Below the pieces are notes generated by a model. That model was not told the DNA's origin, did not search any database, and saw only the letters and a program-made list of their open reading frames with translations. DNA of 64,000 bases from the NCBI RefSeq assembly GCF_009914755.1, contig NC_060925.1; one strand, 5' to 3'. Shown here in pieces: positions 1-29,119 of the stretch (positions are counted from its first letter, which is position 1; each line of letters starts with the position of its first letter). The DNA is from the human T2T-CHM13v2.0 reference genome, Homo sapiens. Both the position numbers and the translations under genes were made by a program.

Positions 1-580
1 TGCATGCCCATATATGGATCTGATTATCACATAAAACTTGTAGAATCCCTGTGTAAAATTTTCAACACTGAAAGTATAGAAACCACTTGAGCAAGTGATT
101 GGAAAAAAGTTTTCACAAAACACAACCAGTTAATCAGGAAAAGTAGGGAAGGAAGTAGAGGAATGAACTATTAATAGGTTCCTGCTATTGAAGTAGTTTG
201 CTTACATAATCATTATAACAGGGAGAGTTGGAGCATTTAGAAGCATAATTCTAGGTAGTTCTTGTAAAACATTGTGTAATTCAAATTTTTTAGCTTGAAC
301 ATGTGGGAGCCTGCCAGTTCAGGTACAGACATTCAACTGTGTCTTGGCATAACCTGTGATATTAAGTGCATTTGATTTTTCTTTCTCAGGTAAGCCAAAG
401 CTTAAATGTCTTTGTTTAAAAAAAATTTGGCTAATAATATAAATCTTAGATGAGTAGATGAGGAAGGGTAACCTGAGAATCTAGTTCATTGTCTAGAGTA
501 AGTCATCTACTTTTTAGCCAATTTTTCATTACCCTATTTTGGAATAATACTTCAAGTTTAATCTGTTGATTATAGGCTGA

Positions 581-2290
<1,710 letters not shown>

Positions 2291-2398
2291 TGCACACTCC
2301 TTTTTATAGTATATTTGAATTGCGTGACTAGGTGGGGGGAGGAAATAGCCTGATGTTAATTTTTTGTGTTTTGATTTGCCTTTTTTTTTCTTCCACAG

Positions 2399-3982
2399 AA
2401 TAATGCATATACTGCCATGTCAGATTCCTACTTACCCAGTTACTACAGTCCCTCCATTGGCTTCTCCTATTCTTTGGGTGAAGCTGCTTGGTCTACGGGG
2501 GGTGACACAGCCATGCCCTACTTAACTTCTTATGGACAGCTGAGCAACGGAGAGCCCCACTTCCTACCAGATGCAATGTTTGGGCAACCAGGAGCCCTAG
2601 GTAGCACTCCATTTCTTGGTCAGCATGGTTTTAATTTCTTTCCCAGTGGGATTGACTTCTCAGCATGGGGAAATAACAGTTCTCAGGGACAGTCTACTCA
2701 GAGCTCTGGATATAGTAGCAATTATGCTTATGCACCTAGCTCCTTAGGTGGAGCCATGATTGATGGACAGTCAGCTTTTGCCAATGAGACCCTCAATAAG
2801 GCTCCTGGCATGAATACTATAGACCAAGGGATGGCAGCACTGAAGTTGGGTAGCACAGAAGTTGCAAGCAATGTTCCAAAAGTTGTAGGTTCTGCTGTTG
2901 GTAGCGGGTCCATTACTAGTAACATCGTGGCTTCCAATAGTTTGCCTCCAGCCACCATTGCTCCTCCAAAACCAGCATCTTGGGCTGATATTGCTAGCAA
3001 GCCTGCAAAACAGCAACCTAAACTGAAGACCAAGAATGGCATTGCAGGGTCAAGTCTTCCGCCACCCCCGATAAAGCATAACATGGATATTGGAACTTGG
3101 GATAACAAGGGTCCCGTTGCAAAAGCCCCCTCACAGGCTTTGGTTCAGAATATAGGTCAGCCAACCCAGGGGTCTCCTCAGCCTGTAGGTCAGCAGGCTA
3201 ACAATAGCCCACCAGTGGCTCAGGCATCAGTAGGGCAACAGACACAGCCATTGCCTCCACCTCCACCACAGCCTGCCCAGCTTTCAGTCCAGCAACAGGC
3301 AGCTCAGCCAACCCGCTGGGTAGCACCTCGGAACCGTGGCAGTGGGTTCGGTCATAATGGGGTGGATGGTAATGGAGTAGGACAGTCTCAGGCTGGTTCT
3401 GGATCTACTCCTTCAGAACCCCACCCAGTGTTGGAGAAGCTTCGGTCCATTAATAACTATAACCCCAAAGATTTTGACTGGAATCTGAAACATGGCCGGG
3501 TTTTCATCATTAAGAGCTACTCTGAGGACGATATTCACCGTTCCATTAAGTATAATATTTGGTGCAGCACAGAGCATGGTAACAAGAGACTGGATGCTGC
3601 TTATCGTTCCATGAACGGGAAAGGCCCCGTTTACTTACTTTTCAGTGTCAACGGCAGTGGACACTTCTGTGGCGTGGCAGAAATGAAATCTGCTGTGGAC
3701 TACAACACATGTGCAGGTGTGTGGTCCCAGGACAAATGGAAGGGTCGTTTTGATGTCAGGTGGATTTTTGTGAAGGACGTTCCCAATAGCCAACTGCGAC
3801 ACATTCGCCTAGAGAACAACGAGAATAAACCAGTGACCAACTCTAGGGACACTCAGGAAGTGCCTCTGGAAAAGGCTAAGCAGGTGTTGAAAATTATAGC
3901 CAGCTACAAGCACACCACTTCCATTTTTGATGACTTCTCACACTATGAGAAACGCCAAGAGGAAGAAGAAAGTGTTAAAAAG
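2399..3982 (+). CDS. YTHDF2: YTHDF2 coding exon 4 (528 codons, about residues 45-572): P/Q/N-rich low-complexity region plus the complete YTH m6A-binding domain
   Basis: Polypyrimidine tract and ttccacAG acceptor end at 2398. The frame reads [16 protein letters not shown]...; YTH motifs [25 protein letters not shown] and [10 protein letters not shown] (aromatic-cage Trps) are present. Donor AAG|GTAACC at 3982/3983. Length 1584 nt, phase 0-0. Confidence 0.98.
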
Positions 3983-4679
3983 GTAACCCACTTCTTCTTA
4001 TTAAGATTTTTAGGGAAGGAGGAACCAGAGAGAACAGAAGAGGTATTATATAGTGAACCGTTAATAAAAACTCTGTAAATGAATACAGTATCAGCCTAAC
4101 AGTTCAAGGCTTTATAGAAGTATAATTGGTTTTAATACTTGAACCCTAATGTGAAGGAATGTGAGAACATTAGTAGAGGACAGAAATACGGACTTTGAAA
4201 GGAAAGCAAAAACAGTACAAGGAAATCAGACAGAAACAGTACATGATGCAGAAAGAGGTGAAGAATGAGTCAAAGAGATGCAGAGGGGTAATGGAAGTGA
4301 TAAAACCATAGAAATTAAAGCAGAAGATTGAGTCTATAATATGGCAGAGAAAAATCGAAATGTTCTCTGTTGGATTAACTTGGCCTAGCTGGGGTTTTGT
4401 GGTTATTTTCAAGAGTCAATATGTCATCACCAACTCTTGAAATCACTTCTGTCTTCCCTGTGACAATTGGCGGTGTAAAAGAGTCACTTCTGATTTCCTC
4501 TGTAACAAGTGGGAATCTTGGGCAGAATGATGAGGAATGGATTCAAACTAGAGTTGAATTTGAAAGAGTTGGTAGCGTTTGCTCTGTGAGTATTGAGTGA
4601 ATGTAAACTTTAGGATTATAAGAGGATGATAAAACTGGTTGGAGCAGATAATGATATATTATCTGGGATTTATACTTAC

Positions 4680-4961
4680 TTTTTTTTGGACAGGGTTCTC
4701 TGTTGCCCAGGCTGGAGTGCAGTGGCATGATGTCCGCCCACTCCAGCCTCCACCTTCTGGGCTCAAGTGATCCCCCCATCTCAGCTTCGTGACTAGCTGG
4801 GATCACAGTCATGCACCACCATGCCCGGCTAGTTTTTCATGTTTTTTGTAGAGCTGGGTTTTGCCATGTTGCCCAGGCTGGTCTTGAACTCCTGAGCTCA
4901 AGTGATCTGCCCCTGCCTCCCAAAGTGCTGGGATTACAGGTGTGAGCCACTGCAGCTGGCC
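4680..4961 (-). mobile_element. Alu (J-like), antisense
   Basis: Reverse-complement Alu consensus. Confidence 0.9.
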
Positions 4962-5449
4962 TAGACATTGTTAAATGTAGGAAGTAGGTGAAAAGTTTAT
5001 GAGCAAGGAGAAATTTTTCTTTGAAGATCTGTGTATTAGTGGTTGAGAGAATCCTGAGTTGATTAATCTCAAATATAAAATAAAGTCTAACAAGCAATGT
5101 TTTCCTTAAATTTGTTATGAATTCATAGGGATCTTATACGTGATCTAGGATCTGAGGCATTGTTAGGCTGCTCTATGAGAATTTACTCCTTTTAGCAGTG
5201 GAGGAAGGGCTCGTTGGTACAATCTTCTTGGAGGTACATAGTTGTTAAAGTAGGGATGGTTGCTATTTTATCTTCCAGTGGGTACAGATTAATAAGAAAT
5301 GGGAGTTACACTTGTCAGTGACACTAAAAGCATTGGGAATGGAGAACCAGATTATTGAAAAGTTGGCTAATAAACTTCCTTTTTGATAGTCCTTTAAACT
5401 CCTCTCTTCCCCACAGTTTAATAGTTTAACTTAAAGTCTTCCATATTAA

Positions 5450-8143
<2,694 letters not shown>

Positions 8144-9174
8144 AGAACTGCTGGGATTTCAGGAAGATGCCTATGATTGCTTCTAAGCCCAGTTACCATT
8201 TTAGTTAGTACTGCCTTACTCTCCTGTTGGTTACTATTTTCCTTAACATCTTTACATAACTGATTGTAAACTGTTCTTACAATCTTTATTAGGCTTTAAA
8301 GAACAAGCAGGTTTTATGAGAATGGGGCTCATAGCTCATTGAGATGGTAGACTCCCTTAGGTGAAGTGTTTGTGTGTGTACCTTTGTAGTATTTACGAGA
8401 TTGCAGAAGCTTTCATGCCAGATGGGTGGTAACCCCATAAAGAAGTAGGGAAGTACTTAAACTTCGTCCTGAAGGTGTCACAGCTGTTTTAAAGTTCCAT
8501 GATTGGGCAGTATCTTGGCAGAACACACTGAAGCAGAGCCACAGCCATTTTTGCCTAGCATTATTACTGACTTGTTCTGCATGATCTAATTAACATAGAA
8601 CCTTCAAGCATTAGATCTGTCAGGCTTGAAACTTAGAGCAAATTTTAGTGACATGTTTGATAGATGTGACTTACTTTTATTTTTTTAAAAAGCAATATAC
8701 TGTGCTTTAGGTGTGGTTTACCTTGTTGAATACTGCAGATACTATTGTGTGACCTTTCTGCGTTTATTTAGAACCTTTCCCCAGTTAAGTATTCCCTATG
8801 ACATCACTTTTGTTGGCTTCATAGTATTGTCAGACTTACTATAATTTACCAATCCCTAATTGTTGAATATGTCAACAATTTGTATTTTATTTTTTCTAAT
8901 TAAAATAACACTACACTGAACATCCTTTTGTATAAATATTTACATCTGTCCTTTAGTAGTTAAATGTGTCAAAGGTATATGGTTTTTTAAAATTAGTATT
9001 TAACCACAAACTCAGAAATTCTTACTAAAGGGGTATGTGCTTTGTGGTCTTGGCTAATTTCTGTATATATTGCTACATAAACCTTTTTCCTTTTTCCTGA
9101 AAAGTTTTGTTGAGGGAATCATTGTGCAACTGTTATCTAGAAGAAGGCAACAGTTAAGAGCCTTTCTTTCTTCC

Positions 9175-10280
<1,106 letters not shown>

Positions 10281-10802
10281 CAAATTTTTTTAAGACTAGA
10301 TTCTTCATGTCAAAAGACAAAGCTAGAACGAATGGATAGAGGTTATATGGAGAAATATTTTTGTAGATGGAAAACTTGCTAAAAACGAAGTTCTTAGTCA
10401 CAGAATTTCAAGAAACTAAAAGAGATGTTATAGAAACTAAACTAGGGATGTTGTAGAGGGGGTTCATACATAGGGTAGTCTGGACTAGAGAAACCAAGGG
10501 ATAAAAGAGGATTAGCTGACTCAGGATAACATTTCAGGTTTGTGAAGATGAATTTGTCCTTTGAAACAGATCTTTTTAGAAAGGTTGTTTCATAATTTCT
10601 GACCGAAGTATTTGTTACACGTAAAATAAGTAAGAACGGACTGAGGCCAGAAAGCTGTGGATGACAGAAGGGATTGGTGCATTCTCAGTGAATTTTGATA
10701 CAAATTAAGTATGTGGGTAGTTTTTAAATACATTTACTATATATATATATTAATGAAAAATTGTTTCCTAAACTGTGAAAAGGCTTATTAAAGAAATTTA
10801 GA

Positions 10803-14993
<4,191 letters not shown>

Positions 14994-15709
14994 TCAGAGA
15001 CTAAACGAGATGCTTTTACAGTATTCTGGGGAAAAAAAGATGATGAGGGCCTGAACCAGGACAGTGGGAACGGGAAACTGGATATGAAGAATGTGGTAGA
15101 CATATTTGTTGACTAGTTTTTCAAAAATTAAAGATGATGAGAGGAGCAGCAGTTTAGGGTTAGGATTTGGGGTTGTATTGGCTTTTGGAAATAGTTTCAG
15201 GTGCCTGTGATAGTAGCAGCAGCCAGGTGATAGTAGGCAGCTGGGAATCTGGAGCTCAGATTGTTGACAGGAATTTGAATTTTCAACCCTCAGGATAGGT
15301 AAAGGCATGGAAGAGTTTGACTTTTCAAAGATTCTTGTAATAAGAATGGCTAACAGTTATTGAATGCTCTGTACAGTGTCTAGCATACAGTTGTCTTGAA
15401 TATATATTTAAATGTATGTTCATTTAATTCTTGTATCCTTGTGAGGTAGGTATAAGTAGCTCAGTTTTACTGATGAAAACATTAAAACACAGAAAAGAGT
15501 AAATAACTTTGCAAAGGCACATGAGATACGAAAGTAAAGCTGGTGTTCTAATTCTGCAGCGTGGTTCTAGAGCCAACACGAGTGAGAGAAAAGGACTATG
15601 GAAAAAGTTCCCCAGAAATAACAAAATTTGAAGAATAAAGAGGGAGCAAGTGAAAGAGATTGAGAGAGAATAGTTTGAGTTTCAGAAAGAGAACAAGGAA
15701 GGGGCTATT

Positions 15710-15923
15710 CAGGTTGAGTATTCCTAATTTGAAAATCTGAAATGCCCCAAAGTCTGAAACTGAGTGCACACATGACACTGAAGAAAATGTTCATTGGAGC
15801 ATTTCCTATTTTGGATTTTCAGATTAGGGTTGCTCAACCAGTATGTATCTACAAATATTCAAAAAATCTGAAATCCAAAACATTTCTTACCCCAAGAATT
15901 TCAGATAGGGGATACACAGCCTG
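15710..15923. mobile_element. Tigger4a (Zombi/MER46-type) non-autonomous DNA transposon
   Basis: TIRs CAGGTTGAGTATTCCT... and ...GGGGATACACAGCCTG|TA, with internal AAATCTGAAAT repeats typical of the family. Confidence 0.8.
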
Positions 15924-16781
15924 TATGGAACTTCAAGCAGTATGGTAGAGTACACTTAACTCAGAGGCTGCAGAGAGGTAACAGATGACTGCAGATGCCA
16001 GTGATGTCTGTTGAATAAAAAGTTGCTTTGCTATTAGAGACTTGAAAGTTTTGATCTCCGTACTTCATTCAAAAGACTCTGCATGTTTCTTTATCTTTGT
16101 GTTTGCAGAGTCGGTATCTTTCAACCTCTGTTCCAAGCCTTAAAGAGCTATTATAAAGCTCTTTTGTTTGCCTAGTATGGGCTGTTTTGGTGAAATAGAC
16201 TATGTAAAAATGTCTGAAATACAGAGTTGAATATGAAGAATGGCAGCATTTTGATTTTGATGTGGCTAAAGATTGATCCAGGGAGGACTGCTATTTTTCC
16301 ATGCTTAAACATTTGTGGGACAAGGGCTAGTTGGCAATGCTAGAATCGTTTAGTATATCTTGAATAGTTTAAACCAAGAATCACTCAAGTATGAGCCATT
16401 CTGCTTACCTACCAGAAGTAAAGATTACTCCTCTAACAGTTTTTAGCATTGGAATTCTTTTTTTCCCTGCAAACAAAACTTTTCTTGGAACCTCATGAAT
16501 GATTTTTACATGTTCAGCTTCCCTTCTCCCAGAAGATACCTGAAGCATCTCTCCTATGAAGCATAATTTGAAACACACTAGATGACAGTGAATTTTTAAA
16601 AATGGGAATGATGCATGGAAGATGAGGTAGAGGGATCTGTTTTGATATGGGAGAAGTATGAGGATTCAGCAAGTTCAGCATCTCTTCTAAAGGTGTTGGG
16701 TGATTTAGTCTGGGCGCAGGTTTGGAGGGATGAGGAAGAGTTACCCAGGAGGGAGATAGGGAAGGCTTACAGCATTGGCTT

Positions 16782-16805
16782 TGCCTGCCTGCCTGCCTGC
16801 CTGCC
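16782..16805 (+). repeat. (TGCC)6 tetranucleotide repeat
   Basis: Counted directly. Confidence 0.85.
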
Positions 16806-18879
16806 TTTAAGGGACAGCATGATGAAGGACTGTTCTTATAGTTCCTTAGGAGTTTATGCAGAGGAGAAAAAAAAGCTCTGTTCTTTGAATTAGGGCAAAC
16901 GTTCTCTTCCTGCTTTTTTACATTCATCATTGAAATCCTGTAAGTCTGCACAATGAGCAAGGAAAAAGTGGCAGCTCAGATCGTTGCTTCTTTCTCCTAC
17001 ACAAAGCAGGTAACAGTTTAAATATGCATGCTGCTGCCACCTCCTGGACCAAATTCTAGTTCCAGTGGGCCCAATTAGTAGTACCCTAATGCTTTTCATT
17101 CCTTGCGGAATAAACAAATAGTCCCTCGTTGAACTGATTTAACTCCAGTTAGCCATTGGGAAAAGATATCAAGGAATTACGATGTATCAAATGAAACATT
17201 CTAGGGCAGCATATATTAAAGTACTAATTGACAGTGTGAGACCAAGTATAGAAAAATAGCAAAATCAGTTAGAGCTAGAGTTACCAAGAAACTTTTATGG
17301 AAGACTTAATTTGAATTGGGTCTAAAAGGATGGGTAGGAAAAGACAGAAAGATGAAGAAAATGGCCAATCCCCTGTGTGAACTGTTGGATATAGAGTGGG
17401 AAGGGACAGGGGCTGGCAGTTGTTCTACTTTCCAACTCATTTGCACTTGGTATTGCAATTTCTGTTGGTTCTCAAGAGATGTTCAGTGTGCCTACTGCTT
17501 ATGTCAGAATTCCGATTTTGCCTATATCACTTGGTGTACTACATGAAGCCATTTTAAGAAGATAGACTTAAAAGCTCTTCATGTGAGTTTTTTTTGAGTA
17601 ATGTGGATAGCATATAGAACTTAAGCGTTTGCATGTAAAAATCTTGCAATGTGCAAACTATAAATATTTGCAAGTTTTGCATTTGTTTTTATTATAAAAT
17701 GTAACCAAATTATAAAAAGCGTAGAAAACAAAAGAAATCACCTGTAATTCCTGTACTACAACAAAACTACTCATCTTGGCATTTTTTCTTTTCTTTACCT
17801 ATGTAATTTATACAGTTATAATCATCTTGTATATAGTGTTCATTTCATCCTCTTTTTCTTAGTGCTTTAGGTATAATATTTACCCATATTTAGGCATTTG
17901 CTGGATATCTATAAGGCGCTTGTCATATATCCTCAATCTCTTGTAATAATCCTGTAAAAGAGTGAAGATTATCTTCATCTTCCAAGTAGAGACCTGAGAT
18001 TGAATAAGGAAAAACTAGATCACTACCTAGGAAGTAGAACTGGGATTTGTTTTGCCCCAAGGCTCTTTTTGTTTTTAGGCCATGCTATATCTTCATACTT
18101 ATTTAAAATTGCTAACTGGCCGGGTGTGGTGGTTTACACCTGTAAACCACCTAGGATCACTTGAACCTAGAAGTTGGAGACCAGCATGGGCAAGCAATAA
18201 TAAAAAGAAATTAGCCAGGTGTGGTGGCGTGCACCTGTGGTCCTAGCTACCTGGGAGGCTGAGGTGGAAGGATCCCCTGAGCCCAGGAAGTTGAGGCTGC
18301 AGTGAACTAGGATCATATTACTGCACCCTAGTGTGGGCAACAGAGTGAGACCCTGTCTCCAAAAAACTAATAATAATAAAATTGCTAACTGTGTTTTAGT
18401 ATCTGCTGATGCCTGTAGTCAGTCCCCTTTGTGGACATATAAAGAGAACATAATTAGTTGGAACGTAAGTATGTAAGCACTCAGTTTTAATTTTCCCATC
18501 ACAAGTCTCAAAATGGAATGAATTAGATCTACTCTACATGACCTCCATGACCATTTGCTGAAGGTTGTAAAAGTTGCTGCTAATTACAGGCAGCAGGAAT
18601 AAGGAAGAGTGTAAACAGTTCTGGATAATGCACAGCGACAGGTTATCATAAGTAGGACCGTTTTAGTCTACCCCACTGTCATGTTATACATGAACTGCAG
18701 GGTTACCTCACTTTGGTGGCAGAGCTAGAATTAGAACCTAGACAAGTTCTTGGCTAATTCAAAGTTTTAGTTATGGCAAAAGTTACTTTAGTTGAGGTCG
18801 GTGGGCCTGCACAGTGGTGAGGAGAGGGGAAGTACGGTGGACCTGGACGTGAGAGCTTCAGTATATAAATGCCAAAAAA

Positions 18880-19185
18880 TGGTAACTGATTTAAAACAAC
18901 TTTTGAGTCACCTTGAAAGTTTAAAAAATACATTGATAACCTAGGTTCTACTTACAGACTTAACTGAATTAGAAATTTTATTTAATAAGCTCCCTAGGTA
19001 TTTCTTGTAGGATTAGAAATGATTGAAGAGAAGTTTTTCAGTTAGTACAAAAAGTACCCTCTGAGAGTTCTTACTTTGAGATTCTTGTTCTCCCTTACCT
19101 ACTGAATGAGCATCTTTGGAGGTGAGGCCTTGGAATCTGCATTTTATCAGCTCTACAAGTGATTCTCCTGTATTTTAAATTTGGG
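18880..19185. mobile_element. Degraded MER5-type fragments
   Basis: Motifs actgaattagaaattttatttaataagctcccta and ctactgaatgagcatctttgg...gaatctgcatttta. Confidence 0.45.
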
Positions 19186-19398
19186 TGTATAAAGTTGATA
19201 TTGGTAGAGCATGAATTATGGATTTTGTGGTCTTGATAATAAATATATAGGTACTGGAAAGACCTGGAGCTCTGGAGGAAGAGTTGGTTTCATATCTGCC
19301 GCTGTCACCAATATTGAAGATGGAAAATCCTCTGAGCCTAAATATCTTTAAAACTTAGGGAACATACCTAATTGGGTTAATAGGAAGATTTAGATATA

Positions 19399-21100
<1,702 letters not shown>

Positions 21101-21103
<3 letters not shown>

Positions 21104-21124
21104 TGTGTGTGTGTGTGTGTGTGT
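21101..21124 (+). repeat. (GT)12 microsatellite at the Tigger3 right end
   Basis: Counted directly. Confidence 0.9.
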
Positions 21125-21620
21125 ATTTTTTTTTTTTTTTTTTTTTGAGAGAAGGCCTCACTTTGTCACCCAGGCTGGAGTGTAGTGGCCTGATCACAAC
21201 TCATTGCAGCTTTGACCTCCTGGGCTTAAGCATACTTTTTCTTGCAGCCTTCTAAGTAGCTGGGACCACACAGGTGTTCGCCACTATGCCTGGCTAATTA
21301 AAAAAACTTTTTGGAGAGATAAGGTTTCACTGTGTTGCCCAGGCTGTTCTTGAATTCCTGGGCTTAAGTGATCCTCCTCCTTTGGCCTCTCAAATTGTTA
21401 GGATTCCAGGTGTGAGCCACCATGCCTGGCCTAATGTTTAAAAATTTCTGGCTGGTGCGGTGGCCCATGCCTGTAATCCCAGCACATAACGGAGGCCAAG
21501 GCAGGTGGATCACCTGAGGTTGGGAGTTCGAGACCATCCTGACCAACATGGAGAAACCCCGTCTCTACTAAAAATACAAAATTAGCTGGGCATGGTGGCG
21601 CACGCATGTAATCCCAGCTA

Positions 21621-21731
<111 letters not shown>

Positions 21732-22198
21732 CTAGTAGAGTCAGGTTCTCAGTATGTTGCCCAGGCTGGTCTCAAACTGCTGGTCCCAGCCTCCCAAAGT
21801 GCTGGGCTTGTAGGCAGGAGGTACCATGGCCAAAATAGATATTTTTAATAAAATATTATAGCCTTGCTTTAAATTGGAGAACTGATGAAAAATACTTTGT
21901 CTCTTTATCTGGGGGAAGTTAGCATCTTAATTATATATGACTTGATGTTTCATATATATATGACTTGAAGTCTAAAGTCAAGTCATTAGACTTATTTAAC
22001 TTATTCACGGCATTGGAGACTATAAAGGTTGATTCTATTAAACCATATCAAGCAATGGAAGTAATTTTTGTGTCATCACATCACTTTTAAAAACACATTT
22101 TCCTAGCCGGGCGTGGTGGCTCACGCTTGTAATCCCAGCACTTTGGGAGGCTGAGGCGGGCGGATCACGAGGTCAGGAGATCGAGACCATCCTGGCTA

Positions 22199-22514
<316 letters not shown>

Positions 22515-22814
22515 CTATATAGATTTAATTTTGTGGGAGAGATAAACATTTACCAGATTTTAATGTTAATAAAATTATATCCAGGTGAATATGAATATGC
22601 CTCAGTTGTGTTTTATGGCCCACTTGAAAGTGAAGGGAGAGGGAGGGATAGAACAGTGCAGTAGTAAGTAGAAAGGTTATTAAGCTTAAATAGAGGGAAG
22701 CTAAATAGGCAGATTTACTGTTTTTGAATATTATATGAAGAGATTGCATATGTGCAGACTTTAACATTGCCACCTTATGGCTTTTTGTATATTTCCTCCA
22801 GAGACTGAATTTTC

Positions 22815-27888
<5,074 letters not shown>

Positions 27889-27916
27889 TAAAAATGTAAA
27901 ATTTAAAAAATTCTGA

Positions 27917-28208
27917 GGCCGGGCGCGGTGGCTCACGCCTCTAATCCCAGCACTTTGGGAGGCTGAGTCGAGCAGATCACAAGGTCAGGAGTTCGAGACC
28001 AGCCTGGCCAACATGGTGAAACCCCGTCTCTACTAAAAATAGAAAAAATTAGCCAGGCATGGTGGCGGCGCCTGTAATCCCAGCTACTCAGGAGGCTGAG
28101 GCAGAATGGCTTGAACCCGGGAGGCCGAGGTTGCAGTGAGCGAAGATCGCGCCATTGTACTCTAGCCTGGGCTACAGAGCGAGACTCTGTCTCAAAAAGA
28201 AAAAAAAA
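27917..28208 (+). mobile_element. Sense Alu (TSD-like aaaattctg)
   Basis: Full-length Alu consensus. Confidence 0.9.
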
Positions 28209-28924
28209 TTTTTTTTAAAATTCTGTGCATGAAGTAATGTGTGAAATGGAAGAATTTAGGATAAGTTTCTGAAAGACTCATAAACAGTGATTCTTAAGAA
28301 AATGAGCATTGGGATTTATTTCAGGGAAAACATAAGTATTGTAGTCAGATTACCACCTCCCTAGGGAAGGAGGCCAGATGTGTGGGTTTGTTTTTTTTTT
28401 TCTGTCTGTGGACTAAGGGCTTTCTATATGTCAGCTTATTAATTCTCCATAACCCTGTGAGATACTTACCTTCACTTTTCAGAAAAGGAAATTGAGGACT
28501 TATGAGTATGTCCAAGGCCTTGGGACTAGTTTGGGATTTGAATTTAGGTCAGTCTGACTCTAACACTCTAGTGTACTATGTATGTATGTATTCTGCTTTA
28601 TCTGACCAGTCATGTATGTTTGGGTTACTTCCATTAGGCCCATATTTTTGGGGGGCCTGACAACTAAGTATTAATCTAAACAGTATAATAGGAAAGCATG
28701 TAATGAATTTTCAAGTCAAAAGTAATTTTGCATTAAGGTGTTTAAGTGTTTAAAACAAAGTAAAAGCCAGTTTTTCTTTGTGGGGAATGTTCTACTTAGA
28801 ATAATTAATTTTCTAATAATTCTAAATAATTAAATTTCTGTTGAGTTATTCTGTGAAGTTTTTAAATTCATAAAGCATGTTCAGATAATTTTTAACCATT
28901 TCAATTTTTTTCTTACCTCTGTAG

Positions 28925-28948
28925 GAACGTCAAGGTCGTGGGAAATAA
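28925..28948 (+). CDS. YTHDF2: YTHDF2 terminal exon 5 coding part (ERQGRGK-stop)
   Basis: Acceptor ttttttcttacctctgtAG ends at 28924, followed by GAA CGT CAA GGT CGT GGG AAA TAA. It joins exon 4 in frame to give the known C-terminus ...[15 protein letters not shown]. Confidence 0.96.
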   Translation, partial: ERQGRGK

Positions 28949-29111
28949 AAGGCAGTTCTACACAGACTGCAGCAACGGTTGCATCTGCATATCCTAAGAG
29001 GAAAAAATGACCTTCAAGAGAATTAGGACTTTTTTCTTAATTTCACTGACTTCAGAGACGATTGCAGACTTGCAGTTTAAGTATTGGAATTTCACAAAAG
29101 ACATAGGACTT

Positions 29112-29119
29112 AACTGGAA
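29112..29119 (+). promoter_or_regulatory. miR-145-5p 8mer seed site 1 (AACTGGAA)
   Basis: Exact complement of miR-145-5p nt 2-8 (UCCAGUU) plus A1, in the 3'UTR. miR-145 regulation of YTHDF2 is recalled from the literature. Confidence 0.7.

Noticed and set aside
2728-3108. Antisense ORFs (126 aa and 81 aa) overlapping exon 4
   Set aside because: Expected shadow ORFs opposite a coding exon; no independent support.
2417-4078. The 553-aa ORF taken as a complete intronless gene or processed pseudogene
   Set aside because: It is bounded by a real acceptor (2398) and donor (3983), and the true last exon is at 28925. It is exon 4 plus intronic read-through, kept only as a hypothetical isoform.
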